Shown one piece after another: positions 1 through 13,854 of a DNA stretch of 64,000 bases (positions are counted from its first letter, which is position 1; every line of letters begins with the position of its first letter). The translations under genes and the position numbers were made by a program. The DNA is from Octopus vulgaris (Eukaryota). The notes below the pieces were generated by a model. It searched no databases. It was not told where the DNA came from and saw nothing but the letters and a program-made list of their open reading frames with translations. The stretch lies in NCBI GenBank assembly GCA_951406725.2, contig OX597824.1, positions 76,012,001 through 76,076,000 of the forward strand, given 5' to 3'.

Positions 1-236
1 CATGGTTCTGAGTTCAGTTCCACTGTGTGACGCCTTGGGGAAGTCGTCTTCTGCTATAGCCTTGGGCCAACCAAAGCCTTGTGAGTGGTTTCATTGAACA
101 GAAAGTGAAAGCAGCCTGTGTTCGTGCTTGTATGTACATATGTCTTCAAGTTCGTCCCCTGACCCTTACTTCCGTTGGTTTATTTCTGTCCCAGCAACTT
201 AAGGTACCAAGCTTAACAAAGCAAAAAAAAAAAAAA

Positions 237-267
<31 letters not shown>

Positions 268-396
268 ATTGGTTTGACTAAAATCTTTTAAAAGTATTAC
301 TCCAGTATGGCTGCAGCCCATGGACTGAAACATGTAAAAGATAAGGTAATAATTTTGTGTTTGTAAGAGTACACACACACACACACACACACACAT

Positions 397-745
397 ACTG
401 TGTGGTAAGAAGCTTGCTTCTCAATCATATGGTTTGGGTTCAGTCCTACTGTGTGGCACCCTCTACTATAGCCTCAGGCCGGCAACAGCCTTGTGAGTGG
501 ATTTGGTAGACGGAAACTGAAAGAAGCCCATTGTGTGTGTGTGTCTTTGTGTCTGTGCTTGTGTGACCCCCACCTCCGCTTGACAACCAGTGCTGGTGTT
601 TTTGTGCCCCTCGTAACTTAGCAATTTGGCAAAAGAGATCTATAAAGTAAGTACTGGACCTGTAAAAAAAAAAAAAAGCACTGGGGTCGATTTAAGGCAG
701 TGCTCCAGCATGGCTGCAGTCTAATGATTGAAACAAGTGAAAAAA
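397..745 (+). mobile_element. tRNA-derived SINE family A, decayed copy
   Basis: TGTGTGGTAAG...GGTTCAGTCC head and GGTAGACGGAAACTGAAAGAAGCCC / CTCCAGCATGGC...GAAACAAGT body shared with many copies in the window. Confidence 0.8.
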
Positions 746-774
746 ATAATGTTAAAAGTTATATGTATATGCAT

Positions 775-979
<205 letters not shown>

Positions 980-1457
980 ATATATATATATATTTATTTG
1001 ACATTAGAAGGTGAAATATATGTCAGAAACAGATTTTAACTAACCTAAAGTTCGCTTAAGCCTAAACACTGCTTGGTGCTGATACTGCAGTACACACACA
1101 CATACACACAAATATATATGTATGTATATACATATATATATATCTATGTATGTATATATATATGGGTGCTGATCATAAGACTGAAAAGTTTGAACAACCA
1201 AACTCAGAACCATCGAATTTTTAAATATTTAAGAGGAAAATATAGTGGAAAAGTGTTCTAAATGAATATTTAGAATTCTGAAAGGGAGATATTTCTTAAC
1301 TTATTTACTTTTATTGCACAATGTCAGAACAACAAAGAAGCAAGCTAGTTATGGCTTATGTATTTACTTAGAAGGAAATATATATAGAATTATTTTGCAG
1401 TCATGTGATATTGGAAGACATAATGATCGAAAACTGAAATTGTTTATTTGTTAAATA

Positions 1458-1855
1458 CTCTCTTTTACTCTTTTACTGGTTTCAGTCATTTGACTGCGGC
1501 CATGCTGGAGCAACGCCTTTAGTCGATCAAATCGACCCCGGGACTTATTCTTTGTAAGCCCAGTACCTATTTTATTGGTCCCTTTTGCCGAACCGCTAAG
1601 TGACGGGGATGTACACACACCAGCATCGGTTGTCGAGCAATGCTAGGGGGACAAACACAGACACACAAACACACACACATATATATATATACATATATAC
1701 GACAGGCTTCTTTCAGTTTCCGTCTACCAAATCCAGTCACAAGGCATTGGTCGGCCAGGGGCTTTAGTAGAAGACACTTGCCCAAGATGCCACACAGTGG
1801 GACTGAACCCGGAACCATGTGGTTAGTTAGCAAGCTACTTACCACACAGCCACTC
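1458..1855 (-). mobile_element. SINE family A, near full length
   Basis: Reverse complement of the 7497-7911 copy, including A-box/B-box-like head and internal (TA/TG)n. Confidence 0.9.
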
Positions 1856-2503
1856 TGTTCTTCCCATAGTTTCATTATTTAAGATTTCCTCTTACCGTTT
1901 AATTACAAAATGTTAAATAAAATGTTTGAAAGACTGAACTGGGCTCCTGTGTCTGCTTTGGTATGCTTTCTATGGCTGGATGCCCTTCCAAATGCTAACC
2001 ACATTACAGTGTGTACTGGGAGCTTTTTCCATGCCTCCAGTTCAGTTGAGGTCACAAGGTAGCTCACAAGTGAATAAACCCAGGGAAGGAGGGTGCTGTG
2101 AGTGACCATATGTTATATGGAAGTAAGGTGTGAGGGAGGAAGTTGAGGTTGAGCAGGTTGTTGAAAAGGAGCTGCATGGCTTCTCACATTTCAGAGAGAG
2201 TGAGAATAAAATAGGTATTTGTGTGTGTACATGTATATATGAATATATACATGTGTGTAATATATATATGTGTGTGTGTGTGAATATAAATTTATAGGTA
2301 TTTACGTATGGGCAAATTACCAGTTAGTGAAACCATTGTTTACAAAGAAAATGTGTAGACAAAGGGAACATAAACTTGCAAAAATGCATGTGCACGCATG
2401 CACACACAAAAAAAAAGGGTCTTAAGCAAATGTCTTAAGCACACAACCACGCCTGCACTTATATCTATCTATGTATGTATCCATCCATCTATCCATCCAA
2501 CTA

Positions 2504-2544
<41 letters not shown>

Positions 2545-2883
2545 TCTGTAACTTTGTAGTTTGGTATTGAAAAGGGAATAATAGAATATGAAGATATACA
2601 ATAATTGTAGAGGTTGATTTGGTTTCTTAAAGAAAATATTCTTTGACCGTTTATCATTTTAACCAGCCATACCTGGCCAAAATACCCTATGTGTTTAATG
2701 TTCAAACTGATCAGATCTGACATCTCACACCTTACCTAGAATGTCATTTTGAGCATAAACAAGGAGGGAGGCTTATATTGTCCAATGTTAATTGCATCCA
2801 TATGGCCACATATTGTGATGAACTAAATCTACCATCATTTATTTATGCATTGCTGACCTCCCACACCAGCACCACAAACAGAT

Positions 2884-3285
2884 CTTTTACTCTTTTACTT
2901 GTTTCAATCATTTGACTGTGACTATGCCGGAGCACTGCCTTTAGTTGAATCAAATCGATCCCAGGACTTATTCTTTGTAAGCCTAGTACTTATTCTATCT
3001 GTCTCTTTTGCCGAACCGCTAAGTTACGTAAACACACCAGCATCGGTTGTCAAGCGATGTTGGGGTCCAAACTCAGATACACAACATATACACACACACA
3101 CACATATATATATACATATATACGACGGGCTTCTTCCAGTTTCCGTCTACCAAAACCACTCACAAGGCTTTGGTCGTCCCGAGGCTATAGTAGAAGACAC
3201 TTGCTCAAGGTGTCACGCAGTGGGACTGAACCCTGAACCATGTGGTTGGTAAGCAAGCTACTTACCACACAGCCACTCCTGCGCC
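2884..3285 (-). mobile_element. SINE family A, full length
   Basis: Ends in CACAGCCACTCCTGCGCC, the reverse complement of the family head GGCGCAGGAGTGGCTGTG. Confidence 0.9.
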
Positions 3286-4116
3286 TATAAGCTGTTGGAC
3301 TTATAACAACTTTCTTCCACCCCTCTAATTTTCTCTGTCGTTTGTAGCCTATGTAAATCAGACCTATTAATATAAATCTTAAAACTATGGATAATGCAGG
3401 ATAAATTAAAAATGATGTGAAGAAATAAATACACATTACAGCTGACTGAGCAATGTGAACATTAAAGGGTTAAGGTGGTGTTCCAAGCACGAAGGACCAA
3501 AGAATGTATCAGGGTTAGTCATGGGCTTTTAAAGACTGTATGGACCTGATGTTCTCTCATTTATTTCAACCATCTTGTAAGAGAACAAATTGCACAGTAG
3601 ACATCAGTGTAAGGGGAGATAACTTTGTCGGATACATTAAAACTACTATTCATCTGCGAATTGTTGATTGCTTAATCAAAGAACCGTCAGTTAATTAATC
3701 TAGCCGTTATCGGTTATTTAATCTGACAGAGACTAATTAACAGTCTTACAGGGTCCCTTCTATGCCCAGCATAAATGTTTGTAGAGGCTTACATTTCAGG
3801 TTAGTTAAGGTTTGGTTAAAATATTTACGCGTAAGCATGGAGTCTGTAATGATTGAAAATAGAGGAGATCAAATAACGGAAATAAATAGACTTTCTTTTT
3901 ATCTCCTTGTTCTTGTTTTAGTCATTGGGCTGTGGCCATGCTGGGGGCACTGCTTCGACTAAATTAGTTGAGCAAATTGGCCTTGATGTTAATTATTTTT
4001 AATTCCTGTTACTTATTTTATTGGTTTCTTTTGCTACACTGCTAAGTTACAAACCAACACTGGTTGTCAAACAGTGGTGCAGATACAAACAAGACTTCAC
4101 ATGCACACACGATTGC

Positions 4117-4709
4117 GTATGTATGTATGTATGTATGTATGTATGTATGTATGTATGTATGTATGTATGTATGTATGTATGTATGTATGTATGTATGTAT
4201 GTATGTATGTATGTATGTATGTATGTATGTATGTATGTATGTATGTATGTATGTATGTATGTATGTATGTATGTATGTATGTATGTATGTATGTATGTAT
4301 GTATGTATGTATGTATGTATGTATGTATGTATGTATGTATGTATGTATGTATGTATGTATGTATGTATGTATGTATGTATGTATGTATGTATGTATGTAT
4401 GTATGTATGTATGTATGTATGTATGTATGTATGTATGTATGTATGTATGTATGTATGTATGTATGTATGTATGTATGTATGTATGTATGTATGTATGTAT
4501 GTATGTATGTATGTATGTATGTATGTATGTATGTATGTATGTATGTATGTATGTATGTATGTATGTATGTATGTATGTATGTATGTATGTATGTATGTAT
4601 GTATGTATGTACGTGCATGCATGCATGCATGCATGCATGCATGCATGCATGCATGCATGCATGCATGCATGCATGCATGCATGCATGCATGCATGCATGC
4701 ATGCATGTA

Positions 4710-4749
<40 letters not shown>

Positions 4750-4760
4750 CATATATATAT
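4117..4760. repeat. Compound microsatellite (GTAT)n-(GCAT)n-(GT)n-(AT)n
   Basis: Directly visible; about 490 bp GTAT then about 90 bp GCAT. Confidence 0.99.
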
Positions 4761-5798
4761 TTGTATGCGTGTGTGTAATATATATATATTTGTATGCATG
4801 TGTGCAGAAAAGTTGCTGACTTTGGGTAAAAGAAAATCCACTTGTTCCCCTCTAAGATTCATACATTTATAACAGCGGTCCTTCATCTTTGGCAACCCCT
4901 GTGAAAGAACTTGGGAGGTTGGGACCCTCAACCTGGGCCTTTTGTGATACCCTTATATATATATATGTATGTATGTATATATAATGGACTTTGTTTTAAT
5001 ATCTACTTGTTCATGCTTGCATTGATTAGACTAGAGCTTTTTTGAGGATGAGTTTTCTATGGCTGGATGCCCTTTCTGTTGGCAACCCACGTATTTGTGT
5101 GTGTGTGGTTCTTTGCAATCTGGCAACAGTGACTATAATGACACTAGGGCCAAATAATATTGACCAAAGTTGGCTGTCTTTTCTTTGGATAAACATTGGT
5201 GGAGTTTAGTTTTCCACAAAGAAATCTTGCCCAAGCTGGAACATATACTTGTAAGATATGCAATCAGCTTTGCATGATAGAAATTCTTTAGCTTTTCTTT
5301 TTTTAATATTGGTATTGGTGGTAATAGTGACGTTTATTTAGTGCGAAGTTACTCCTGATAGAACAGGCGCATAATCAAAGGCATTCCAACCATGGCAATC
5401 CTGCCTGGTTTTTTATTTATATTTCTTTTGTGCCCTGAAGAATGGTTTTGGCAGGATACATGATCATACCAAGCAAGCTTTTGTCTTTTTACCCGTACAA
5501 GCAGTGGTTCCTTTTTGCCAGTATATTTGTCGACTTACCACCTCACAAAACTATTCATTTTGTGCTCTGTGTAATAGCCTGAAACGCTTGTGCTCAAATG
5601 CCTGGTTTCTTAGCTCCATGTTAGCTGTTAGAGTCCAGCTCTCACCCCCAAACAGAAGGACTGAGGTCACTGTGGACTTGAAAATTTTGAGTCTTGTATG
5701 GTTACATTATCTCAAACCTTGTTGTGTGTGTGTGTGTATTGTGTTTTAATTCTTTCTTTGTTTTCTTGTTATTTATTTATTTGTTTGTTCTTTTGTAA

Positions 5799-7179
<1,381 letters not shown>

Positions 7180-7400
7180 TTATCACCCTCTTCTCTCTAT
7201 CTCTGTCTACTCTTCTCTTCCTCGCTACTTCTTTCTCTGTCACTCCCAACTCCTTACTATCACAATTTTCTCCCCCCCCCCCCAGACTTTCTTCCCTAGC
7301 CTCAGATAGACTACTAATACCATACTAGTGAAGCTTGGTAAATGAAAATGATATGGAATTCTTGTTTTTATGATACAGATTCACTCTTTTATACCTATCA

Positions 7401-7656
7401 AAATTAAAACCTTTCATCAAAAAATCATGTTAATTTATATCCGAAACCAGTTAAATAATGACAAAATTATTTAAATAAATTCTTCTGTAAAATATAGGCA
7501 CAGGAGTGGCTGTGTGGTAAGTAGCTTGCTTTCCAACCACATGGTTCTGGGTTCAGTCCCACTGTGTGGCACCTTGGGCAAATGTCTTCTTGTATAGCCT
7601 CGGGCCGACCAAAGCCTGGTGAGTGGATTTGGTAGACGGAAGCTGAAAGAAGCCCG

Positions 7657-7700
<44 letters not shown>

Positions 7701-8557
7701 CTGTATTTGTCCCCACCAACATTGCTTGACAACCGATGCTGGTGTGTTTATGTCCCCGTAACTTGGCGGTTCCGCAAAAGAGACCAATAGAATAAGTACT
7801 AGACTTAAAAAGAATAAGTCCTGGGGTCGATTTGCTCAACTAAAGGCGGTGCTCCAGCATGGCCGCAGTCAAATGACTGAAACAAGTGAAAGAGTAAAGA
7901 GAAAAAGAGAGTATTTTCAAAATTGATTGAAAGAAAGACAATGTATTCCATTAGACATATGCTAACGAAAAGGTTTAATTAAAACCTTCTATCAAAATTT
8001 CATGTCAGTTTACAATCCAAACTAGTTTAATGGTGACTAAGTTATTTTAATGAATTCTTCATTGTGTTCAAAATTAATTAAAATAAAGACAGCGTACTTC
8101 GTTAGTAACATAAGAGAAGAGTTAAAGTGAGTTAAATTAAAATTTAAAATTCCATGAAAATTTCTCGTTAATTTATATTCAAAATTATTTTAAGATGACA
8201 AAGCTATTTTTATAAATTCGTTTACTTTCAAAATTATTTGAAACAAAGACAAGCATATCTTAACAGAAATATGGTAACGAACGGGTTAAACTGATTTAAA
8301 TTAAAGTCTTCTATTAAATCTTTGTGTTAATTTATATTCCAAACCAGTTTGATAATGAGAACATTATTCTAATAAATTCTTAATTATTTTTTAAATGAAT
8401 TGAAACAAAGGCAGCATATTTTAACAGAAACCTGCCTACAAAAGGGATTATGGAATCTAAATTAAAACCTATTCAAATTTTGTGCTAATTTATATTCCAA
8501 ATCAGTTTAATAATGAGAAAGTTGTTCTAATAAACTCTGCTTTGTTTTCAAAATTTA
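7401..8557 (+). repeat. Degenerate tandem array (about 155 bp unit, about 5 copies) related to the right half of the TTAA MITE at 10977/38970; first unit interrupted by a SINE
   Basis: Recurring AATTAAAAC...TTAATTTAT.TTCCAAA...TAATGAC/GAAA.TTATT..AATAAATTC...TTGAAACAAAG...GTAACGAA.GGGTTAA blocks. Confidence 0.75.
7497..7911 (+). mobile_element. SINE family A, full length
   Basis: GGCACAGGAGTGGCTGTGTGG (A box-like), GGTTCAGTCC (B box-like), internal (TA)n, tail GAAACAAGT.AAAGAG. Confidence 0.92.
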
Positions 8558-8561
8558 TTAA

Positions 8562-9388
8562 CCCTTTGGCATTCACGTTATTCTCTCGAAAGTAATGCTG
8601 ATTTATTCACATTGATTTGAATTATTGATGCATTGTCATGTAGCTTTGAGAATTTGATAAGGCAACTATCAATTTTTTGGATGATATCAAAATCAAATTG
8701 GACAACTGGCATCCGTGCTAGCGGGGTGCAAAGAGCGACGTACGAGGGTGATTGTTGACAGAGCGGCTAACCGGCTTCTGTGCCAGTGGCACATAAAAGG
8801 GCACCGTTCGAGTGTGATCGCTACCAGCATTGCCTTACTGGCATGTGTGCCCGTGGTAGTAGGGTGCCAAGAGCACCATCCGAGCATGATCATTGCCAGA
8901 GCAGCCAACTGGCTCTGTGCCGGTGGCATGTAAAAGGGCACCATTCGAGCGTGATTGTTACCAGCGCCGCCTTACTGGCATGTGTGCCCGTGCTAGTAGG
9001 GTGCCAAGAGCACCGTTCGAGTGTGATCATTACCAATGTCGCCTTACTGGTACCTGTGCCGGTGGCATGTGTAAAAAGATTCGAGCGAGGTCATTGCCAG
9101 TACTGCATGACTGGCCCCATCCTGATGGCACGTAAAAAGCACCCACTACATTCTTGGAGTGGTTGGTGTTAGGAAGGGCATCCAGCTGTAGAAACTCTGC
9201 TAGATCAAGAGTGGAGCCTGATACAGCCTTCTGGTTTGCCAGCCCTTAGTCAAAATCGTCCAACTCATGCTAGCGTGGAAAGCAGATATTAAACGATGAT
9301 GATGATGATAGTAGGGTAGATCTGGACAGTATGAATATAAAACAGGTAGAATATTTTGGTTGGATATGGCTGTTTTAAATGCTAAGGG
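8562..9388 (+). mobile_element. TTAA-flanked MITE family 2 (piggyBac-type ends) with nested family C insertion
   Basis: TTAA-CCCTTTGGCATT ... AATGCTAAGGG-TTAA; related copies near 19284-19512 (+), 2644-2760 (-), 23130-23322 (-). Confidence 0.7.
8693..9309 (+). mobile_element. Family C retroelement 3' end (RTE-LINE tail or tail-sharing SINE) with internally amplified modules
   Basis: Repeated CCGTGCTAGTAGGGTGCCAAGAGCACC.TTCGAG modules, then AAAAGCACCCACTACA...AGGAAGGGCATCCAGC...AAACGATGATGATGAT tail. Confidence 0.75.
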
Positions 9389-9507
9389 TTAAAAATATGC
9401 TAACAAAAGGATTAATGTAATGATGTTATTTCAAATATATATATATATACATATAACTTATTGAGTTCTAAAAAAAAAAATTAAATAAACTAAAATTTAT
9501 TTTTCAG

Positions 9508-9634
9508 TGGTGGCTGGAACTGTACATTCTGTGAAGATCCTGAAGTTATTGATGAACCAACCTTAAATGATTACCTTGTAGGTGGCGGAACAAAACGGAA
9601 AGTTCCAACAGGGCTGCATGGCAAAGAACTCAAG
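9508..9634 (+). CDS. TRIM33: TIF1-family gene exon B: end of PHD finger and PHD-bromo linker
   Basis: TTTTCAG acceptor; phase-2 join completes PSGGWNCTFC (TRIM24/33 have PSG[ED]WICTFC); continues EDPEVIDEP...KRKVPTGLHGKELK; donor AAG|GTGAGT; 127 nt, too short for the ORF track. Confidence 0.93.
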
Positions 9635-10481
9635 GTGAGTGTCTGGAGTATTTTAGCCATCTTGGCTGGTAGAATGTCTTGTTGTTGCTGTTGTTGTTGT
9701 TTTGCACCAGGTCAGCTTTGATACAACTGTGACTTTATCTATCAAAGACATGCTAACCATGACTGTCACATCTGTCATTTTAGAGATATCTTTGTCAACA
9801 TTATCCAGTGTATTCTTTGTCTATTTTTTTTAAGATAGCTTGGAGTGATATGAGGAGATTTGGCTGCTATTTCTATCAGACAGTGATCACATGTAGGTTT
9901 CCTGTTTATATCGGATTGATTTATCACATAGAAAAGTAAGCTGAAAGCACTGGTTGTGTGGGGTAGATTGAAGCATAAACTAGATCTTGTGGCCAAAATG
10001 GGGACAGTTACTCCTGAAACTCCCATTACTATGTAAATCAGAGTAATGGCTAAAAGGGTTAGTACATACTGTAACTACTTTATTAATAATAAATAAAGGA
10101 AATAATATGTGCAGTATTAGTCTAGGCTGTGTATAGAGGTATGTAAGAGGAAACTCACTTACTTGGTATATATGTGCATTCCTATTAAGTAATATCTTTT
10201 AGAGTGTGAATAAAGATAAAAATTGGTGCAAATGAATGCGTGCACTACTTGAGAAAACGAATACTTGATTTTTAAAAAAAAGAAAAAAAGTTTTGCCTGT
10301 TTCAACTGCAAAACCTTTCAATATTTTTCATATTTTGGCTTGGTGCATATAGCTAAAGTGAAGGGGAAATAGGTCACATGTTTTGGTGTATGGATTCATA
10401 GAATCTTTTTCTTTGATTAAGACAACAAAAGATTTTCTAGTAGTTAGGCTCAGACTCTCCACATACTTGTATTTTATCATT

Positions 10482-10667
10482 TACCTTTTACTTGTTTCAG
10501 TCATTGGACTGTGGCCATGCTGGAGCCTCACTTTGGAAGGTTTAGGCCTATAGATTGTCCCCAGTACTTCTGTTTTTTTTTTTTTTAACTTTGGTACTAA
10601 TTCTGTTGGTTTCTTTTGCTGAACTGCTAAGTTAAAGGGACATAAACCAACACCAGTTGTCAAGTGG

Positions 10668-10713
<46 letters not shown>

Positions 10714-10878
10714 ACACAGCAGGCTTCGACACAGTTTCTGTCCACCAAATTCACCTACAAGACATTGGTCAGCTTGGGGCAAATAGTATAACATGCATGT
10801 CCAAGGTACCGTGCAGTAGGACTGAACCCAAAACCACATGGTTGCAAATCAAGCTTCTTGACCACATAGCAATGCCCG
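10482..10878 (-). mobile_element. SINE family A, decayed
   Basis: Reverse-complement match to tail (TTTTACTTGTTTCAGTCA) and head (GACTGAACCC...CCACATGG). Confidence 0.82.
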
Positions 10879-10976
10879 TAAAATATTTAAAAATGAAAAA
10901 AAGTATTATTAGAATTTTTTTTCAATTAAAATTGGTGCCCCAGCATGACTGCAGCTTTAAAGCTGAAACAAGTTAA

Positions 10977-11187
10977 CCCTTTTGTTACCAACCCGGCTGA
11001 AACCGGCTCTGGCTCTGTGTACAAATGTCTTATTTTCATAAGTTTTGAATTAAAATCTTCCACCAAACTTTAATCACAATTTATGTTCCTAACACTAGCT
11101 GAATGATAACTAAGTTATTTTACTAAATTCTTTGTTATATTTAAAGTAATTGAAAGAAACACAGAGCATCTCAAAATAACGAAAGGG
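10977..11187 (+). mobile_element. TTAA-flanked MITE family 1 (non-autonomous piggyBac-type)
   Basis: TTAA at 10973-10976 and 11188-11191; ends CCCTTTTGTTA / TAACGAAAGGG; highly similar to 38970-39189. Confidence 0.88.
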
Positions 11188-11320
11188 TTAAAAGTGTTAC
11201 AGAGTTAGCAGCCAGACTAAACACTGCTACAAGCTGGGCCTTACATTTGACATCCTTGGCTTAAAGACCCCATTTGTTTATCTCCTGAATGTCATATTTC
11301 TGTTCTTTATTGTTCCACAG

Positions 11321-11395
11321 GTGTGTGAACGAGTTCTTCTTGAGCTGTTCTGCCACAGTGCCAGCACTGCATTCCATGAACCAGTGAGTAAAGCT
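11321..11395 (+). CDS. TRIM33: TIF1-family gene exon C: bromodomain helix Z and start of ZA loop
   Basis: TTCCACAG acceptor; VCERVLLELFCHSASTAFHEPVSKA resembles TRIM24/33 KCERLLLxLYCHE...FQ[ED]PVP; donor GCT|GTAAGT; 75 nt, phase 0-0. Confidence 0.92.
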
Positions 11396-11927
11396 GTAAG
11401 TATTTTCACTCCAGAGAATACTACCATTGTTACTTTGACCGTTTTCTTTTGGCTGTTTCCATTCCAGTTTTCTTTAAGCCTAATCTCATTGTATGCTATA
11501 TATCTAGCTGGATTGACTTCATTCTAACCAAATATTGAATCTAGCTAACTGAATTACCATGTCAGATTCTAGCTCCTTGCTGTCTTTACTTCTGTCAATC
11601 TTTCTTTTTTTATACTTTTCCTTGTCTTTTTTTTCTTCTTTTTTATTTTCTACTAGTTTTCCCTTGTTTTCCAATCATTTTTTCACCCCCTTTTTTTTCT
11701 CTCTTTAATCTTTCTTTTGATTGTCAGCTAAGAGAATTTCTTGCAATTTGGTTCATTCTAAATGAGACTATGAAACTAAGCTTCTCTCTTTTTTTTGTCT
11801 CTTTATTCTTCTTTGATTTTTTTCTTTGCCTTTTTCTTTTGGTTACTGTTTTCTTTTCATCACAAGTAATCTATCCATTTATCCACCCTTATGTATCTAC
11901 TTAAATACATACATGTGTATATGTGTC

Positions 11928-11985
<58 letters not shown>

Positions 11986-12619
11986 TACACACACACAGAC
12001 AAACACACACTCACTTATATTCTTTTATATGTGTGTATATACATATAGATGTAGGTATGTACATATATGTATGTACATATGCATATATTTATATATTATT
12101 TATATTATTATATGATCGAACGCTACATATCCTTTTCCAAGTAAGTATATATATCTGTATATATAGATAGATAAATCTGTATATACACATATATACCCAT
12201 ATGATGCCCTCACATTTATCCTCAACAACCAAACAGCCACTATCCTCTACCACCTTTATGTATGTACTTACATTCATGCATGCGTGTATGGCTTTGTACA
12301 TACATGCATACATACATACATACAATGATGCAAAGACACACTGACTTTTCTCATATATATCTATCTGTGTGAGTGCATGGATAGACAGATGAATCTGAAT
12401 ATACACATACATATATACATATACACATGATGCCCTCACGTTTAGCCACACCAACCACCACCTTCACAACTACGCCGTGCCTCTCACTGTTAAACTAAAT
12501 CTGTCTTAGAAACAAGTCGCAAGTTTACAAATTGTCTGTCATATATTTCTACACTTGGTTGATTTCAGCCTTCTTGTGTTTTTTCTTCTTATTTTGCAAT
12601 CTAGTTATTCTTCAACTGC

Positions 12620-12661
<42 letters not shown>

Positions 12662-12674
12662 AATAATAATAATG

Positions 12675-12721
<47 letters not shown>

Positions 12722-12937
12722 GATAATGATAATAATGATAATAATAATAATAATAATGATGATAATAATAATAATGATAATAATAATAATAATGATAATA
12801 ATAATAATAATGATAATAATAATAATAATGATAATAATAATAATAATGATAATAATAATAATAATGATAATAATAATAATAATGATAATAATAATAATAA
12901 TGATAATAATAATAACCATGATAATAATAATAATTAT
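12620..12937. repeat. (AAT)n/(GAT) trinucleotide array
   Basis: Directly visible. Confidence 0.98.
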
Positions 12938-13854
12938 TTATAGACTTAGCAAATCTGAATCTCTGATAGAATATGTTTTAGAGACCTGTAGCAGGTCTTA
13001 ACTATTATTACCACCACCACCACCACCACCACCACCGCTGCCACCATCACCGCCACTACCTCCACTACCACCACTGCAGCTACTGCTACTTCTACTACTA
13101 CTCACCTTTCCTTCCTTCATCTTATTTTTTCCTATGTTTTGAGTGAATGAAACCTTGTTAGATTCTTAGCTGTCGGTGATGTATTTGCAGTTGTTGTTGT
13201 TCTAGTTCCTTTTTTTTCTTCTTATGTGCGTCCTTGTCTCTTTCTCTTTTTCTGCTAAGCCTGTATTATTTAAAGAAAAGAATAAAAATGTTACTAAAAA
13301 TGTGATGGGAACTGTGGTGGCATGTGTCAAAAAGACAAAAAAAAAAACTTTAAAAAAAAAAGCTAAAATAAACTTTAAAAAAAAAACATTTCTGAGGTTA
13401 GCAGGTGTCAGGATTCTTCTTAGAAAGGTTAGAAGGCCATGAATGGAGAGTTGCAGAATCAACCATAGGACATATTTCTTGTTTCTAATTTCTTTGAAAA
13501 AAGTGGCAGTAGAAGCAAGTGTTACTATTACCATAATAATGATGATGATGATTACCACCACTTTTTGATACTTGCGTGGGTGGGACGGAGTTTATTGTGG
13601 TAGATTTTCAAAGGCCTGATTGCCCCTTCTTACTGCCAGCCTTTACCTGTGTACTAGTAAGGTAATATGGCCTCCATGGCCAGATATGTTCTTTGCAGAC
13701 ATATGGCTTTTGGAAATAGCTGGCATTCATTTTGAACAATCATGTGATAACAAAGCAAGGAAACACAAACATATGTGCACATACATATATTATATACATA
13801 CCTGCATGTGCATGCACAGATGCAAGCATGCATGCATACACACAGACACATGTA

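Noticed and set aside
12555-13001. Poly-Ile/Met ORFs resembling membrane proteins
   Set aside because: (ATA)n microsatellite frames; only the phase-compatible Asn frame was kept, as a speculative finding.
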